Shown: positions 49,111 to 62,805, counted from the stretch's first letter. The stretch is 64,000 nt of DNA from Macrostomum lignano (GCA_002269645.1 NIVC01001493.1:124001-188000), one strand, 5' to 3'. Notes: a model not told the origin generated them from the sequence alone. A program made the numbers and translations.

Positions 49111-51523
49111 ATGGAAACCGGTGTGGAGGAAGAGCCAACAGCATCCGTTAGCAGCCCTTGTCCCATATCCTGCCTAATAAAGAATGCACTAAATCGTGAG
49201 CCACTATCATCGCCGGTTGATGCCATGCCAAATAGTGAGCTGCAATCGCTCGGTTCCCTATGGTCAGCTGACTTGCTTGATTGCGTCAATCGGCTTGTCC
49301 AATTGTTATCATCATCATTATCTACTGATGATAGTTCTAATGCAGATTTTAATTCGCTTAGGCAATGGTAAGCCTATAAAATTTTCTGCTGTTTACTTCA
49401 AGTAGAGTAGTTTGGACGTCACTTTTTCATTACAATTTACAACCCTTATTAGGGGGCCGTAGCCTAGTGGTCTAGCGTTGCGCTCTGATGCACCAACGGT
49501 CCGGGCTCGATCCAAGTACAGTCAACATTATAATTTGGGGCTAAATTGGAATCTTGGCTTGGCTCTGCTCGTGCAATTAACGGCTTTGAAAGCCAACCCC
49601 CAAGTCATAGTGATGGGGTGGCGGTTGCTGGGGCAGAGAATCGGAGGATGGGGTGGTGGGTGCTGGGGCAGAGAATCGGAGGATGGGGTGGTGAGTGCTG
49701 GGGCAGAGAATCGGAGGATGGGGTGGTGAGTGCTGGGGCAGAGAATCGGATGATGGGGTGGTGGGTGCTGTGGCAGAGAATCGGAGGATGGGGTGGTGGG
49801 TGCTGGGGCAGAGAATCGGAGGATGGGGTGGTGGGTGCTGTGGCAGAGAATCGGAGGATGGGGTGGTGGGTGCTGGAGCAGACAATCGGAGGATGGGGTG
49901 GTTGGTGCTGTGGCAGAGAATCGGAGGATGGGGTGGTGGGTGCTGGGGCAGAGAATCGGAGGATGGGGTGGTGGGTGCTGTGGCAGAGAATCGGAGGATG
50001 GGGTGGTGGGTGCTGTGGCAGAGAATCGGAGGATGGGGTGGTGGGTGCTGGGGCAGAGAATCGGAGGATGGGGTGGTGGGTGCTGTGGCAGAGAATCGAA
50101 GGATGGGGTGGTGGGTGCTGGGGCAGAGAATCGGAGGATGGGGTGGTGGGTGCTGTGGCAGAGAATCGGAGGATGGGGTGGTGGGTGCTGGGGCAGAGAA
50201 TCGGAGGATGGGGTGGTGGGTGCTGTGGCAGAGAATCGGGAGATGGGGTCTGCGGAAGGAGGGCCGTAGCCTAGTGGTGTAGCGTTGCGCCAGCGGCCCA
50301 GACTCAATTCCAAGTGCAGTCAACATTAATTTTGGTCTATATTGGAATCTCGGCTTGGCTCTGCTCGGGTAATTAACGACCTTAAAGGCCAACCCCCAGG
50401 GCGCAGTGAAGTGTATATGCCTTAAAGATAAATAAAGTTTATTTGCGCCAGAAGCTGCGGTTGGGCTGTCGGATGCACATCTGGCCATTAGGACAGGTGT
50501 AATCAATTATTGAACTCGTGTGTGAATGTCGCTTAAAGTGCGCCGAGACGTACACAGCCCCCTGCCTCTAATGAAAAAATCATTTTATTTACTACCCACA
50601 GCCCAGCAACCCAGGTGCTTGTCCACCTATTCGCATCCGGATGCGCTCTCGCTGACCGTGTCTGGTCTCAGCCAGCTCTAGCCAAAGCCGTCATCAGCCG
50701 CCTCTACCCGCTGCTGCCGCCTCTGGCACCCAACTCGCTCAAGTACTTGGACTTCCAGCCTGCTCTGGCTGTCTCAGATGAGCCTGGTTGTGTACCATTT
50801 AGCACCGCCTCGCTAGTCCAGCTGCTCTGCAACAATTCTCCCATAATAAGCTACCCAGTAGCCGACTATTTATCCCCACCAGGTAGGAGGCACGCTATCG
50901 CTTTGACAACTCGTCTGTGCTCGCATCACTGCTTAGACTGGCAACTGTTAGGCTTGGATTGCCTGTCTGCCGGTCTGTTAACTTCTGTTGAGTCTCATCT
51001 GGCTAGGGATTTGCTTCATCGTCTGAGCCAGTCTCGAGATGCTGCAGCGCTTGAACCAGCGTTGAACTTGTCAGCCACACTGCGAGCTCTGTGCCCTGAG
51101 GATTGGCTGCTAGACAGAATCTACCTGGACTGTTTACAGTGCCTGTCCTACGAATGCCGCCCAGGGCTTCAATTGGCCCGTCTGAAAGCTTTGCCCGTTA
51201 TGATTGACAGGCTAGGCATGTCGTCTATTAAATATGGTAGCCTAGTAGTTAAATGCCTAGATAACTGCTTGTCCAGATGCGACAGTGACATTGTGGAGTC
51301 TGTCTGGCTTGTGCTAGACAGCTACCTGCGCTATTGCCTGTTTGAACGGCATCAGATTGCTAGAATTTTAATTAACTTTGCAATGCACAATCCTCTGGTT
51401 GATTGCGGTCGGCATTTGCCCGCAGTTGAGCCGCAGTTTGTTGGCGAAGTTTGTCGGGGCATTGTTAGCGAAGCGCCTGAGCTGCAATCAGCGTTGAGTA
51501 GATACATGACGCTTGAGGGCTGA
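49111..51523 (+). CDS. TTI2: Probable TELO2-interacting protein 2 (TTT complex), 2 exons, 392 aa
   Basis: Exons 49111-49367 (TG|GTAAGC) and 50602-51523 (cacag|C), phase-compatible. Helical protein; WQLLGLDCL and LPVMIDRLGMSSIKY resemble TTI2 segments (KILGVHCL; LPAFVNRLGILTVRH). The assignment is from recalled similarity and is divergent. Confidence 0.55.
49452..49604 (+). mobile_element. tRNA-headed SINE-like element, copy 1 (TTI2 intron)
   Basis: GGGGCCGTAGCCTAGTGGTCTAGCGTTGCG (A-box-like) ...GGGCTCGATCC (B-box-like); homologous to 50261-50436. Confidence 0.65.
49612..50248. repeat. 35-bp G-rich minisatellite, TTI2 intron
   Basis: Unit TGCTGGGGCAGAGAATCGGAGGATGGGGTGGTGGG. Confidence 0.96.
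50261..50512 (+). mobile_element. tRNA-headed SINE-like element, copy 2, followed by a 3'-end fragment of the other SINE family
   Basis: GGGCCGTAGCCTAGTGGTGTAGCGTTGCG...GGAATCTCGGCTTGGCTCTGCTCG...GCCAACCCCCAG. 50452-50512 (GCTGTCGGATGCACATCTGGCCATTAGGACAGGTGT) resembles 43335-43372. Confidence 0.6.
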
Positions 51524-51574
51524 TGTAGAGCAGCTTTTTGTTTGATTGACTCATCCTTGTAGCCTCAGAATCGA

Positions 51575-52185
51575 CCCCACCCCCTGACCCAAAGTTTACA
51601 ATCGCCCACCCCCTGACCCAAAGTTTACAATCGCCCACCACCTGACCCAAAGTTTAGAATCGCCCACCTCCCTGACCCAAAGTTTACAATCGCCCACCCC
51701 CTGACCCAAAGTTTACAATCGCCCACCACCTGACCCAAAGTTTAGAATCGCCCACCTCCCTGACCCAAAGTTTACAATCGCCCACCACCTGACCCAAAGT
51801 TTACAATCGCCCACCCCTGACCCAAACTTTACAATCGCCCACCTCCCTGACCCAAAGTTTACAATCGCCCACCACCTGACCCAAAGTTTACAATCGCCCA
51901 CCCCCTGACCCAAAGTTTACAATCGCCCACCTCCCTGACCCAAAGTTTAGAATCGCCTACCTCCCTGACCCAAAGTTTAGAATCGCCCACCCCCCCTGAC
52001 CCAAAGTTTAGAATCGCCCACCTCCCTGACCCAAAGTTTAGAATCGCCCACCTCCCTGATCCAAAGTTTAGAATCGCCCACCTCCCTGACCCAAAGTTTA
52101 GAATCGTCCACCCCTGACCCAAAGTTTAGAATCGTCCACCCCTGACCCAAAGTTTAGAATCGCCCCCTCACCTGACCCAAACTAA
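51575..52185. repeat. ~30-32-bp minisatellite downstream of TTI2
   Basis: Unit CCCTGACCCAAAGTTTACAATCGCCCACCT(C). Confidence 0.95.
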
Positions 52186-52954
52186 AAGCGTATCTTGACC
52201 TAATTTGGAAGCGTTTAAAATCGACGCGAGCACTGTATATGATAGATTTTGTAAATATAATTTTATAATAATATTTCTGCATTTCCTTTTAGTGTCTTTG
52301 TGTAATAACGAAGACTAGAGTGTCATTCAGTGTTTTGCATTCAATTTAAGGTAATTATAATTTTTAGCTTAGGTCATCCTTAGCTAGCTTTCCTGAACAA
52401 TTGATTAAAGATTCATAATAGACAGTCACCTTCCTTTCAGTATTTTAGCCCCTATCCCGTCAACATGTTGCCTATAAGTTGCCGTAGGGTCCACTCGTAG
52501 TAGCTAAGTGCCAATGTGTTGGATACCCAGTAAAAGTGCGTATTTTTGGTGCATCGATCCAGCGTCTCTCTATCTTTTATGATGCAGCTATATTTCCTTT
52601 GCAACGATACGCTCTACTGATCTCTTTATCTCTGGATATCTGTCTGTCAAGCTAATCAATTATCAGCTATATCGTATATTGCTGCATTCATCAATAGATG
52701 CTAAATGTTTTTCACCGTAGTACGAGTGTAGCACCTCTACTATGTCCTAACACTAACATCGCATCACAATCTTTGATTTATTGACCAAATTTCACTACAA
52801 AGTAATTTTCCACATCTGCGAGACTTTATCAGCCATGATTTTATTTCATTGAATTTTGCAGCTTTGTTTCAAATATGAGCGGTTTTTGATAGGCTTTATT
52901 ACAGTTATTGTTTTATTTATCGGTTGATGAACCTAAGCGGATACTGAGTTAAGA

Positions 52955-53760
52955 ATGATGCTGAGGGGAGAATGATGCTGATGGGAGAATGATGCTGAGA
53001 GGAGGGTGCTGATGGGAGAATAATGCTGATGGGAGAATAATGCTGATGGGAGAATGATGCTGATGGGAGAATAATGCTGATGGGAGAATGATGCTGATGG
53101 GAGAATAATGCTGATGGGAGAATGATGCTAAGGGGAAGGGTGCTGAGGGGAGAATGATGCTAAGGGGAAGGGTGCTGAGGGGAGAATGATGCTGAGGGAA
53201 GGGTGCTGAGGGGAGAATGATGCTGAGGGAAGGGTGCTGAGGGGAGAATGATGCTGAGGGAAGGGTGCAGAGGGCAGAATGATGCTGAGGGGAGAATGAT
53301 GCTGAGGGGAAGCGTGCTGAGGGGAGAATGATGCTGAGGGAAGGGTGCAGAAGGCAGAATGATGCTGAGGGGAGAATGATGCTGAGAGGAAGGGTGCTGA
53401 GGGGAGAATGATGCTGAGGGAAGAGTGCAGAAGGGAGAATGATGCTGAGGGGAGAATGATGCTGAGAGGAAGGGTGCAGAAGGGAGAATGATGCTGAGGG
53501 GAGAATGATGCTGAGAGGAAGGGTGCTGAGGGGAGAATGATGCTGAGGGAAGGGTGCAGAGGGGAGAATGATGCTGAGGGAAGGGTGCAGAGGGGAGAAT
53601 GATGCTGAGGGGAATAATGTTGGTGGGAAATGATGCTGAGGGAAATGATGCTGAGGGGAATGGTGCGGAGGGGGATGATGCTGAGGCGTTGATGCTGAGG
53701 GGGTGATGCTGAGGGGGATGATGCTGAGGGGGATGATGCTGGGGGCTGATGCTGAGGAGG
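52955..53760. repeat. Purine-rich 15-17-bp mixed minisatellite
   Basis: Units GATGCTGAGGGGAGAAT and GGGAAGGGTGCTGAG. Confidence 0.93.
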
Positions 53761-54164
53761 ATGATGTTGATAGCAAGTGTTTCAGTTGTATAATTTTTAT
53801 TACTCGATTCGATGTTATCGCAAAGTGACAGTTCAGTGCTATTCTACCGACTCCACTGACATCTGATTATTTGTATATCCATCATTTTTTAGGCAACATT
53901 TTCTATTACAACCTTGCTCAGGCCTGCTCAAAAGTTCGCCCTCTGTATGGTCATCAATTATCAATCCTAATCTCATTTCCTTCTGACGCGCGAACTCACA
54001 GCGCTGCTGTTGCTGTCCTTTTTTGTAGAAGAAGATTGATACTCTCTCCATCAGGACACCCAGCTATGTAATGCTCATTTCTCATCTGTAGGCTTAATAG
54101 CTACTTTCTTTTGGGTGCTCCTCTCTGCGTCTCTCGAATCTCTCTCGTCTCTCGCAACTCAAAA

Positions 54165-54197
<33 letters not shown>

Positions 54198-54261
54198 AAT
54201 ATTATTATTATTATTTTGTTAGGATTTTTCAACGTAACTTAGACCATTGATGTAGAGTATA

Positions 54262-57040
54262 AAGAATCGCCCCTGACACTCATTTAAAGTAAAGAATCGC
54301 CCATGACACTCATTTAGAGTTGAGAATCGCCTCTGACACTCATTTAGAGTTGAGAATCGCCTCTGACACTCATTTAGAGTAGAGAATCGCCCATGACACT
54401 CATTTAGAGTTGAGAATCGCCTCTGACACTCATTTAAAGTAAAGAATCGCCCATGACACTCATTTAGAGTTGAGAATCGCCTCTGACACTCATTTAGAGT
54501 TGAGAATCGCCTCTGACACTCATTTAGAGTAGAGAATCGCCCCTGACACTCATTTAAAGCAAAGAATCGCCCATGACACTCATTTAGAGTTGAGAATCGC
54601 CTCTGACACTCATTTAGAGTTGAGAATCGCCTCTGACACTCATTTAGAGTAGAGAATCGCCCCTGACACTCATTTAGAGTAGAGAATCGCCCATGACACT
54701 CATTTAGAGTTGAGAATCGCCTCTGACACTCATTTAAAGTAAAGAATCGCCCATGACACTCATTTAGAGTTGAGAATCGCCTCTGACACTCATTTAGAGT
54801 AGAGAATCGCCCCTGACACTCATTTAGAGTAGAGAATCGCCCCTGACACTCATTTAGAGTAGAGAATCACCCCTAACACTCATTTAGAGTAGAGAATCGC
54901 CTCTGACACTCATTTAGAGTAGAGAATCGCCTCTGACACTCATTTAGAGTGAAGAATCGCCCCTGACACTCATTTAGAGTAGAGAATCGCCTCTGACACT
55001 CATTTAGAGTAGAGAATCGCCCCTAACACTCATTTAGAGTAGAGAATCGCTGCTGACATCCATTTAGAGAGAATCGCCTCTGACACTCATTTAGAGTAGA
55101 GAATCGCCCCTGACACTCATTTAGAGTAGAGAATCACCCCTAACACTCATTTAGAGTAGAGAATCGCTGCTGACATCCATTTAGAGAGAATCGCCTCTGA
55201 CACTCATTTAGAGTAGAGAATCGCCCCTGACACTCATTTAGAGTAGAGAATCGCCCCTAACACTCATTTAGAGTAGAGAATCGCTGCTGACATCCATTTA
55301 GAGAGAATCGCCTCTGACACTCATTTAGAGTAGAGAATCGCCTCTGACACTCATTTAGAGTAGAGAATCGCCTCTGACACTCATTTAGAGTAGAAAATCG
55401 CCTCTGACACTCATTTAGAGTAGAGAATCGCCTCTGACACTCATTTAGAGTAGAAAATCGCCTCTGACACTCATTTAGAGTAGAGAATCGCCTCTGACAC
55501 TCATTTAGAGTAGAAAATCGCCTCTGACACTCATTTAGAGTAGAGAATCGCCTCTGACACTCATTTAGAGTAGAGAATCGCCCCTAACACTCATTTAGAG
55601 TAGAGAATCGCTGCTGACATCCATTTAGAGAGAATCGCCTCTGACACTCATTTAGAGTAGAGAATCGCCCCTGACACTCATTTAGAGTAGAGAATCACCC
55701 CTAACACTCATTTAGAGTAGAGAATCGCTGCTGACATCCATTTAGTGAGAATCGCCTTTGACACTCATTTAGAGTAGAGAATCGCCTCTGACACTCATTT
55801 AGAGTAGAGAATCGCCTCTGACACTCATTTAGAGTAGAAAATCGCCTCTGACACTCATTTAGAGTAGAGAATCGCCTCTGACACTCATTTAGAGTAGAAA
55901 ATCGCCTCTGACACTCATTTAGAGTAGAGAATCGCCTCTGACACTCATTTAGAGTAGAAAATCGCCTCTGACACTCATTTAGAGTAGAGAATCGCCTCTG
56001 ACACTCATTTAGAGTAGAGAATCGCCTCTGACACTCATTTAGAGTAGAGAATCGCTGCTGACATCCATTTAGAGAGAATCGCCTCTGACACTCATTTAGA
56101 GTAGAGAATCGCCCCTGACACTCATTTAGAGTAGAGAATCACCCCTAACACTCATTTAGAGTAGAGAATCGCTGCTGACATCCATTTAGAGAGAATCGCC
56201 TCTGACACTCATTTAGAGTAGAGAATCGCCTCTGACACTCATTTAGAGTAGAAAATCGCCTCTGACACTCATTTAGAGTAGAAAATCGCCTCTGACACTC
56301 ATTTAGAGTAGAGAATCGCCTCTGACACTCATTTAGAGTAGAGAATCGCCCCTAACACTCATTTAGAGTAGAGAATCGCTGCTGACATCCATTTAGAGAG
56401 AATCGCCTCTGACACTCATTTAGAGTAGAGAATCGCCCCTGACACTCATTTAGAGTAGAGAATCACCCCTAACACTCATTTAGAGTAGAGAATCGCTGCT
56501 GACATCCATTTAGTGAGAATCGCCTTTGACACTCATTTAGAGTAGAGAATCGCCTCTGACACTCATTTAGAGTAGAGAATCGCCTCTGACACTCATTTAG
56601 AGTAGAAAATCGCCTCTGACACTCATTTAGAGTAGAGAATCGCCTCTGACACTCATTTAGAGTAGAAAATCGCCTCTGACACTCATTTAGAGTAGAGAAT
56701 CGCCTCTGACACTCATTTAGAGTAGAAAATCGCCTCTGACACTCATTTAGAGTAGAGAATCGCCTCTGACACTCATTTAGAGTAGAGAATCGCCTCTGAC
56801 ACTTATTTAGAGTGAAGAATCGCCCCTGACACTCATTTGGAGTGAAGAATCGCCCCTGACACTCATTTAGAGTGAAGAATCGCCCCTAACACTCATTTAG
56901 AGTAGAGAATCACCCCTGACACCCATTTAGAGTAGAGAATCGCTGCTGACATCCATTTAGAGTGAAGAATCGCCCCTGACACTCATTTAGAATAGAGAAT
57001 CGCCCCTTACACTCGTTTAGAGTAGAGAATCGCCCCCAAG
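54262..57040. repeat. 2.8-kb satellite array, 30-bp unit (~93 copies)
   Basis: Unit CTCATTTAGAGTAGAGAATCGCCTCTGACA, with a recurrent 28-bp variant containing GCTGCTGACATCCATTTAGAGAGAATC. Confidence 0.98.
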
Positions 57041-57191
57041 TCAATTTCAAAGCGGCATGATATGTAGAAAATCTACTTTAATCGGTAGAATTTTATTTAA
57101 ACTGACACAACTAATCATTTTTTATTCATGCAATCTCTACACTGAACCAAGTCTTGCAATTTAAACCGTGCTCAAAAAACTCCCAACTAAC

Positions 57192-60100
57192 ATGGAGTCG
57201 TCGAACAACTTTGACTCGAAGTCTCCCCGCGTGCATCGCAAACGCCAATCTGGCCCGAAAGCAGAGAAGAAGCAGAAGCAGAAGCAGAAACTGTCCAAAT
57301 CCGATCCGGCAACAGCGCTGCAGCAGCGCCGGCGCAATCCGAAAGCATTCGCTGTTCAGCATGCGACCAAGACTGCCAAAATTGTGCGCAGAACTCTGGA
57401 CTTGGAGACCGCTAAGCATCACGTGCCGATGCGCAGTCGAGAAGACGATTGCGAACCGCCGCCAGTGGTTGTGGCCATTGTTGGCGGCCGCGGTGTTGGC
57501 AAGAGTACCCTGTTAACTTCGTTAGTGAAGAGCTTTGCCAAGCAGAAACTGACCAGCGTCAATGGCCCAGTGACGGTGGTGGCTGGCAAGCGGAAGCGGC
57601 TCACATTTATTGAATGCAACGATGATATTAATGTGATGATTGACGTTGCCAAGGTGGCGGATCTAGTGCTGCTGATGATCAATGCGGAACTAGGCTGGGA
57701 CATGCTGCTGTTTGAGTTTATCAACATCTGCCAGACTCACGGATTTCCTAAAATCATTGGCGTGCTCAACCATCTGGAAGCCTACAAGGATAGCAAAGCG
57801 TTGAAAAAGTATAAGAAGAGGCTGAAGCATCGGTTCTGGCAAGAGGTCTACCAGGGCGCTAAGCTGTTCTACCTGACCAAACTGATGCACGGCGATTATT
57901 TAAAGAATGAAATTCATAATCTTGGCCGGTTCATCTCTGTGATGAAGTTTCGCCCGTTGCCATGGCGAGCTGGTCATCCTTACGTGCTGTGCGATCGATT
58001 TGAGGATGCCACAGATCCTGAGGAGGTGCGCCAGAATGCCAAGTGCGACAGGAAAGTGCTGCTTTATGGGTGAGAGTGCCGTCTATTTTATTTAATTTGT
58101 TTATTCATCTTACAAGGGCTGTTGGTTGGGATAGAGACCGTTTGCATATACGAGGGGTGTCCCAGAAGTAGTGTCACTTTTGCTTGCTTCCACAAGTATT
58201 GGTTGTGTCAGCCTAACTGAGAATAAAGCCATCCAAAGTGAGAATCCTGCCTACGCTGACTGCGAAGGGCCTGGCTGCGTGCAGCCTTAGTCTATGGGCC
58301 ATAGACAATAAAGGACAAGCAAAGTGATAAAAAGCCATCCAATGTGAGAATCGATTGGTCTATGCGTCGTATTCTTTTATTTTTATACCTTCTGAGCTTC
58401 TGAGCCATATGACTAGCCAATCCTAGCTTATCCTTTATAGTCTATGGCTCATAGACTAGACTGGACGCAGCTAGGCCCTTCGCAGTCAGCGTAGGCAGGA
58501 TTCTCACTTTGGATGGCTTTTTATCACTTTGCTTATCCTTTATAGTCTATGGCCCATAGACTAAGGCTGCACGCAGCCAGGCCCTTCGCAGTCAGCGTAG
58601 GCAGGATTCTCACTTTGGATGGCTTTATTTTCAGTTAGGCTGACAAAACCAATATTAAATGTGTGTTGAAAAAATCATAGGCCTTAAAAGTTAGCGGCTT
58701 ATTTTAGCTTTCATGCCACGAAAGTCCGATTTTTAAAAGTGCTTCCTGCTATAAGCAGCAGGCATTGACATATGGCCAAGCAGTCTTAAATTGCTGACAC
58801 TATTCATTGTCTATGGCCAAAAAGCAATCCTTCACCAATAACGCGACTGTGCAGTAAATCCCAAGCTGTGCTGTAAATTCCAACCTCTTATAATCTCTTA
58901 TAAATTCCCTCTTACAGTCCATGCGTTCGGTAAATTCCAATCTATGTCTATGGCTAAAACCAGAAGAATGCTTTGCCCATAAATCAATGAATCTACACCG
59001 CATTGTGCTTCTACGCTCACTCAGAAGAAAGCCACAAGTAGAGCTGATCAAGCACAGAGTTGCAAGACAGCAGCTGCAAGATTTGTTCCAGTCATGGACC
59101 CTAGCATTCACTCTACAGAAGGGCGGAGACAAGCAATTTTTACACTTTATAGTCTTGTTCAGAAATGCCCTGAAATTCACAAAAACCTGACCCGCATTCA
59201 CGGTCCCGATGCCATCAGTCAACGAACGGTTTATAGGTGGATGGAACAGTTCGAGGCTGGCCGGGCGGCAGTGTGTTACCAACTTACCCAAAAATGGTTG
59301 AGGCAGTTAGCTCACGATGGCCTGGCAGTAGACAGCGCGAAGGTCAAGTCGAAATCGCAATTTACTTTCTTGGACCTTATGAGCTGTAAACTCTCGCATT
59401 GAATGTTGCTATTTAAGCTGGATTTTAATTTCACCGATTTCCATGTGGTACATGTAGTTGAAAAGTTATAAACAAACGATTGCTATCCCAACGAACAGTC
59501 CTGTGTTGTGTTCGTTGCTATCTATTGCGGCTTGCTCGTGCTGCCAGCCCCTGGTTCGATTCCGTGAAAAACACTGACAGTACAGACACTTGACACCATT
59601 TGGCTCCATAGAGTATTAGTAAAACAAACCAAATCAAATAAACAAAACGCAGTTACGTTCGCGGCGCCCACCTGCGCAACTGTACCGAGGTGCACATCCC
59701 CGGCTGCGGCGATTTTGTCATCTCGGACGCCGCCCGCCTGCCCGACCCCTGCCCGCTGCCCGACAGCGGCGCCGGCGGCGGCGGCAAGCGACGTCGTTCG
59801 TTGAATCTTCGTGAACGGACAATCTACGCTCCGATGAGCGGCGTTGGCGGCGTGCTGATGGACCGGGACGCGGTGTACATTCACACTGGCGGCAGTCATC
59901 ATCTGGCTGCTGATGTTGAAGCTAAGGAGGCTGGCAAGATTGCCGCTGGCTTGGACACCCAGCTGGAGCAGGCTCACGCCGTCAGGCTGGTGTCCGACGG
60001 TCGGCTTCTACTCGCCGGCGAGATGGGCAGCAAAACCGATGATGGCGTTGATCAACAACCGGACAGCGGCAGCGACTTCGAGGAGATGGACGAAGATGAA

Positions 60101-61975
60101 TCATCGGGCGTGTCGTCTGGAAGCGACAGTCAGGAGGATGAGGATGAGAAAGGCTCCAGCAGCGACGTTGAGATGAAGGATGCTGACCAGATGGAGAATG
60201 GAACTGTGAGTTGATGGTTTCTATGAAATACAACTATTCATTTTTTGTGAACAAGAGGCAGACTCAGTGATTATTGGTGGGGCAGAGAGGCAGACTCAGT
60301 GATTATTGATGGGGCGGAGAGGCAGACTCAGTGATTATTGGTGGGGCAGAGAGGCAGACTCAGTGATTATTGATGGGGCGGAGAGGCAGACTCAAACATA
60401 ACCCCCATCAATCCGTTGACCACAGCTCCAGAAAACAGACTCAGCCGAAAATGGCACAAAGTTAACAACAGCCCAAGACTACGAAGACAAGGACCTCGGT
60501 GTCAGGGCCGGCCTAGACCGAAGCTTGATCGACGATGATGACGAAGATGACGATGACGATGACCCGGTCGAGTCCATGAAGCAGCGATTCAACAGTCTGG
60601 CCTCCGGCTGGGACCCGTCGATGCAGTCGGCTGCAGCCGGCCGCATCAACTGGCACCGGGTGGTGTACGGCCGCGAAGGCAGGAGCCGCCAGCAGGCTGC
60701 CGAGGACGCCTTCGAGATTGGCGGCATCTTCCGGCCGGTGACCGCGCAGGCCGCCGCATCGACTGCTGGCGATGGAGCCGGCGAAGGCGGCTCGGCGTGG
60801 ACTGCCGCGTTTGCGACCTCGGTGGATGAGGACGAACAGGAGGATCAGACTCTGGCCGATTGTCAGGTAGCTGAATGCGGTCAGGTTTGATGTTGACGGT
60901 TAAAACAACTCAATTTTTTAGAGTCCCATGTCCCGAAGTTTAGAATTTCAAGTCCCTAGTTTAGAGTCCCAAATCCCTATTTTAGAATCCCAAATTCCTT
61001 GTTTAAAATCACAAGTCTCTAGTTTAGAATCCCAAATTCATATTTTAGAGTCTCAAGCCCCTAGTTTAGAATCCCAAATTCCTAGTTTAGAATCCCAAAT
61101 TCCTAGTTTAGAATCACAAGTCTCTAGTTTAGAATCCCAAATTCATAGTTTAGAATCCCAAATTCATAGTTTAGAATCTCAAGTCCCTAGTTTAAAATCA
61201 CAAATCCTTAGTTAAGAATCTTAAATCTCTAGTTCAAAATCCCAAGTCCCTAGTTTAGAATCCCAAATCCCTAGTTTAGTCCCAAATCTCTAGTTTCAAA
61301 TCTCAAGTCCCTAGTTTAGAATCTTAAGTCCCTATTTTAGAGTCCCAAGTCCCTAGTTAAGAATCCCAAATCCTTAGTTTAGAATCCAAAATCCCTAGTT
61401 TAGAGTCCCAAATCTCTAGTTTAGAGTCCCATCCTCATTCCCCAATTTAAATCTTAACCTGACTCACCCCAATTGCCGCAGGCTGTCCGTGACTGGTCCG
61501 ACGGCCTGCTGAGCCACCTGATCTCCAACTGCTTCATCACCGGAGCCTGGAGCGATCGCGAAGACGCCGGCGCCCTGCTAGGCCGAGATCAGCGGGCCCG
61601 CCAAGTCATGGCCAGCGGCGACGGCTCCGACCAAGACGATGTCGAGGCGGACAAAGACTTCGGCGATGAAGACGGAGACGACGATGATGAAGATGACAAA
61701 GACGGCAGTGACGATGAAAATGGGGATGCTGACGGAGACGCCGCCGGAGGCGACGAGGACTGGCTCAAAGAGCTCAAAGCGAAACGCGCCAAACGCGAAA
61801 TGACGCGCGCCGAGAAAGTGCGCGCCGCACGCGAGAAAAATCGCACTAAAAAAGCCGCGCTTAAAGCCGCCTTTGATGCCGAATATGATGCCGCCAAAAG
61901 TGGCGTGGCCGGCGACTCGAGTGGCGATTTCCTGTCTTCCTGGAAGGCGCAGGTATGCCGCTTATCCTGTCTCTG

Positions 61976-62056
<81 letters not shown>

Positions 62057-62075
62057 GTCTGTTTGCCTGTCTGCC

Positions 62076-62152
<77 letters not shown>

Positions 62153-62175
62153 ATCTGTCTGTTTGCCTGTCTGCC

Positions 62176-62236
<61 letters not shown>

Positions 62237-62259
62237 ATCTGTCTGTTTGCCTGTCTGCC

Positions 62260-62340
<81 letters not shown>

Positions 62341-62367
62341 TAGTGTCTGTCTGTCTGTCTATCTGTA

Positions 62368-62408
<41 letters not shown>

Positions 62409-62545
62409 GCCTGTCTGTCTGTCTGCCTGTCTGTCTGTCTGTCTGTCTGTCTGCCTGTCTGTCTGTCTGTCTGTCTGTCTGTCTGCCTGTATGTCTGTCT
62501 GTCTCTCTGTCTGTCCCCCATCCATCCCCTGCCCACGCCCCATCC

Positions 62546-62585
<40 letters not shown>

Positions 62586-62608
62586 GTCTGTCCGCCTGTC
62601 TGTCTGTA

Positions 62609-62677
<69 letters not shown>

Positions 62678-62696
62678 GTCTGTTTGCCTGTCTGCC

Positions 62697-62733
<37 letters not shown>

Positions 62734-62736
62734 TAG

Positions 62737-62805
<69 letters not shown>

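Noticed and set aside
58800-59291. 163-aa minus-strand ORF as a nested gene
   Set aside because: It is antisense to the mariner HTH relic and has no recognisable domain.
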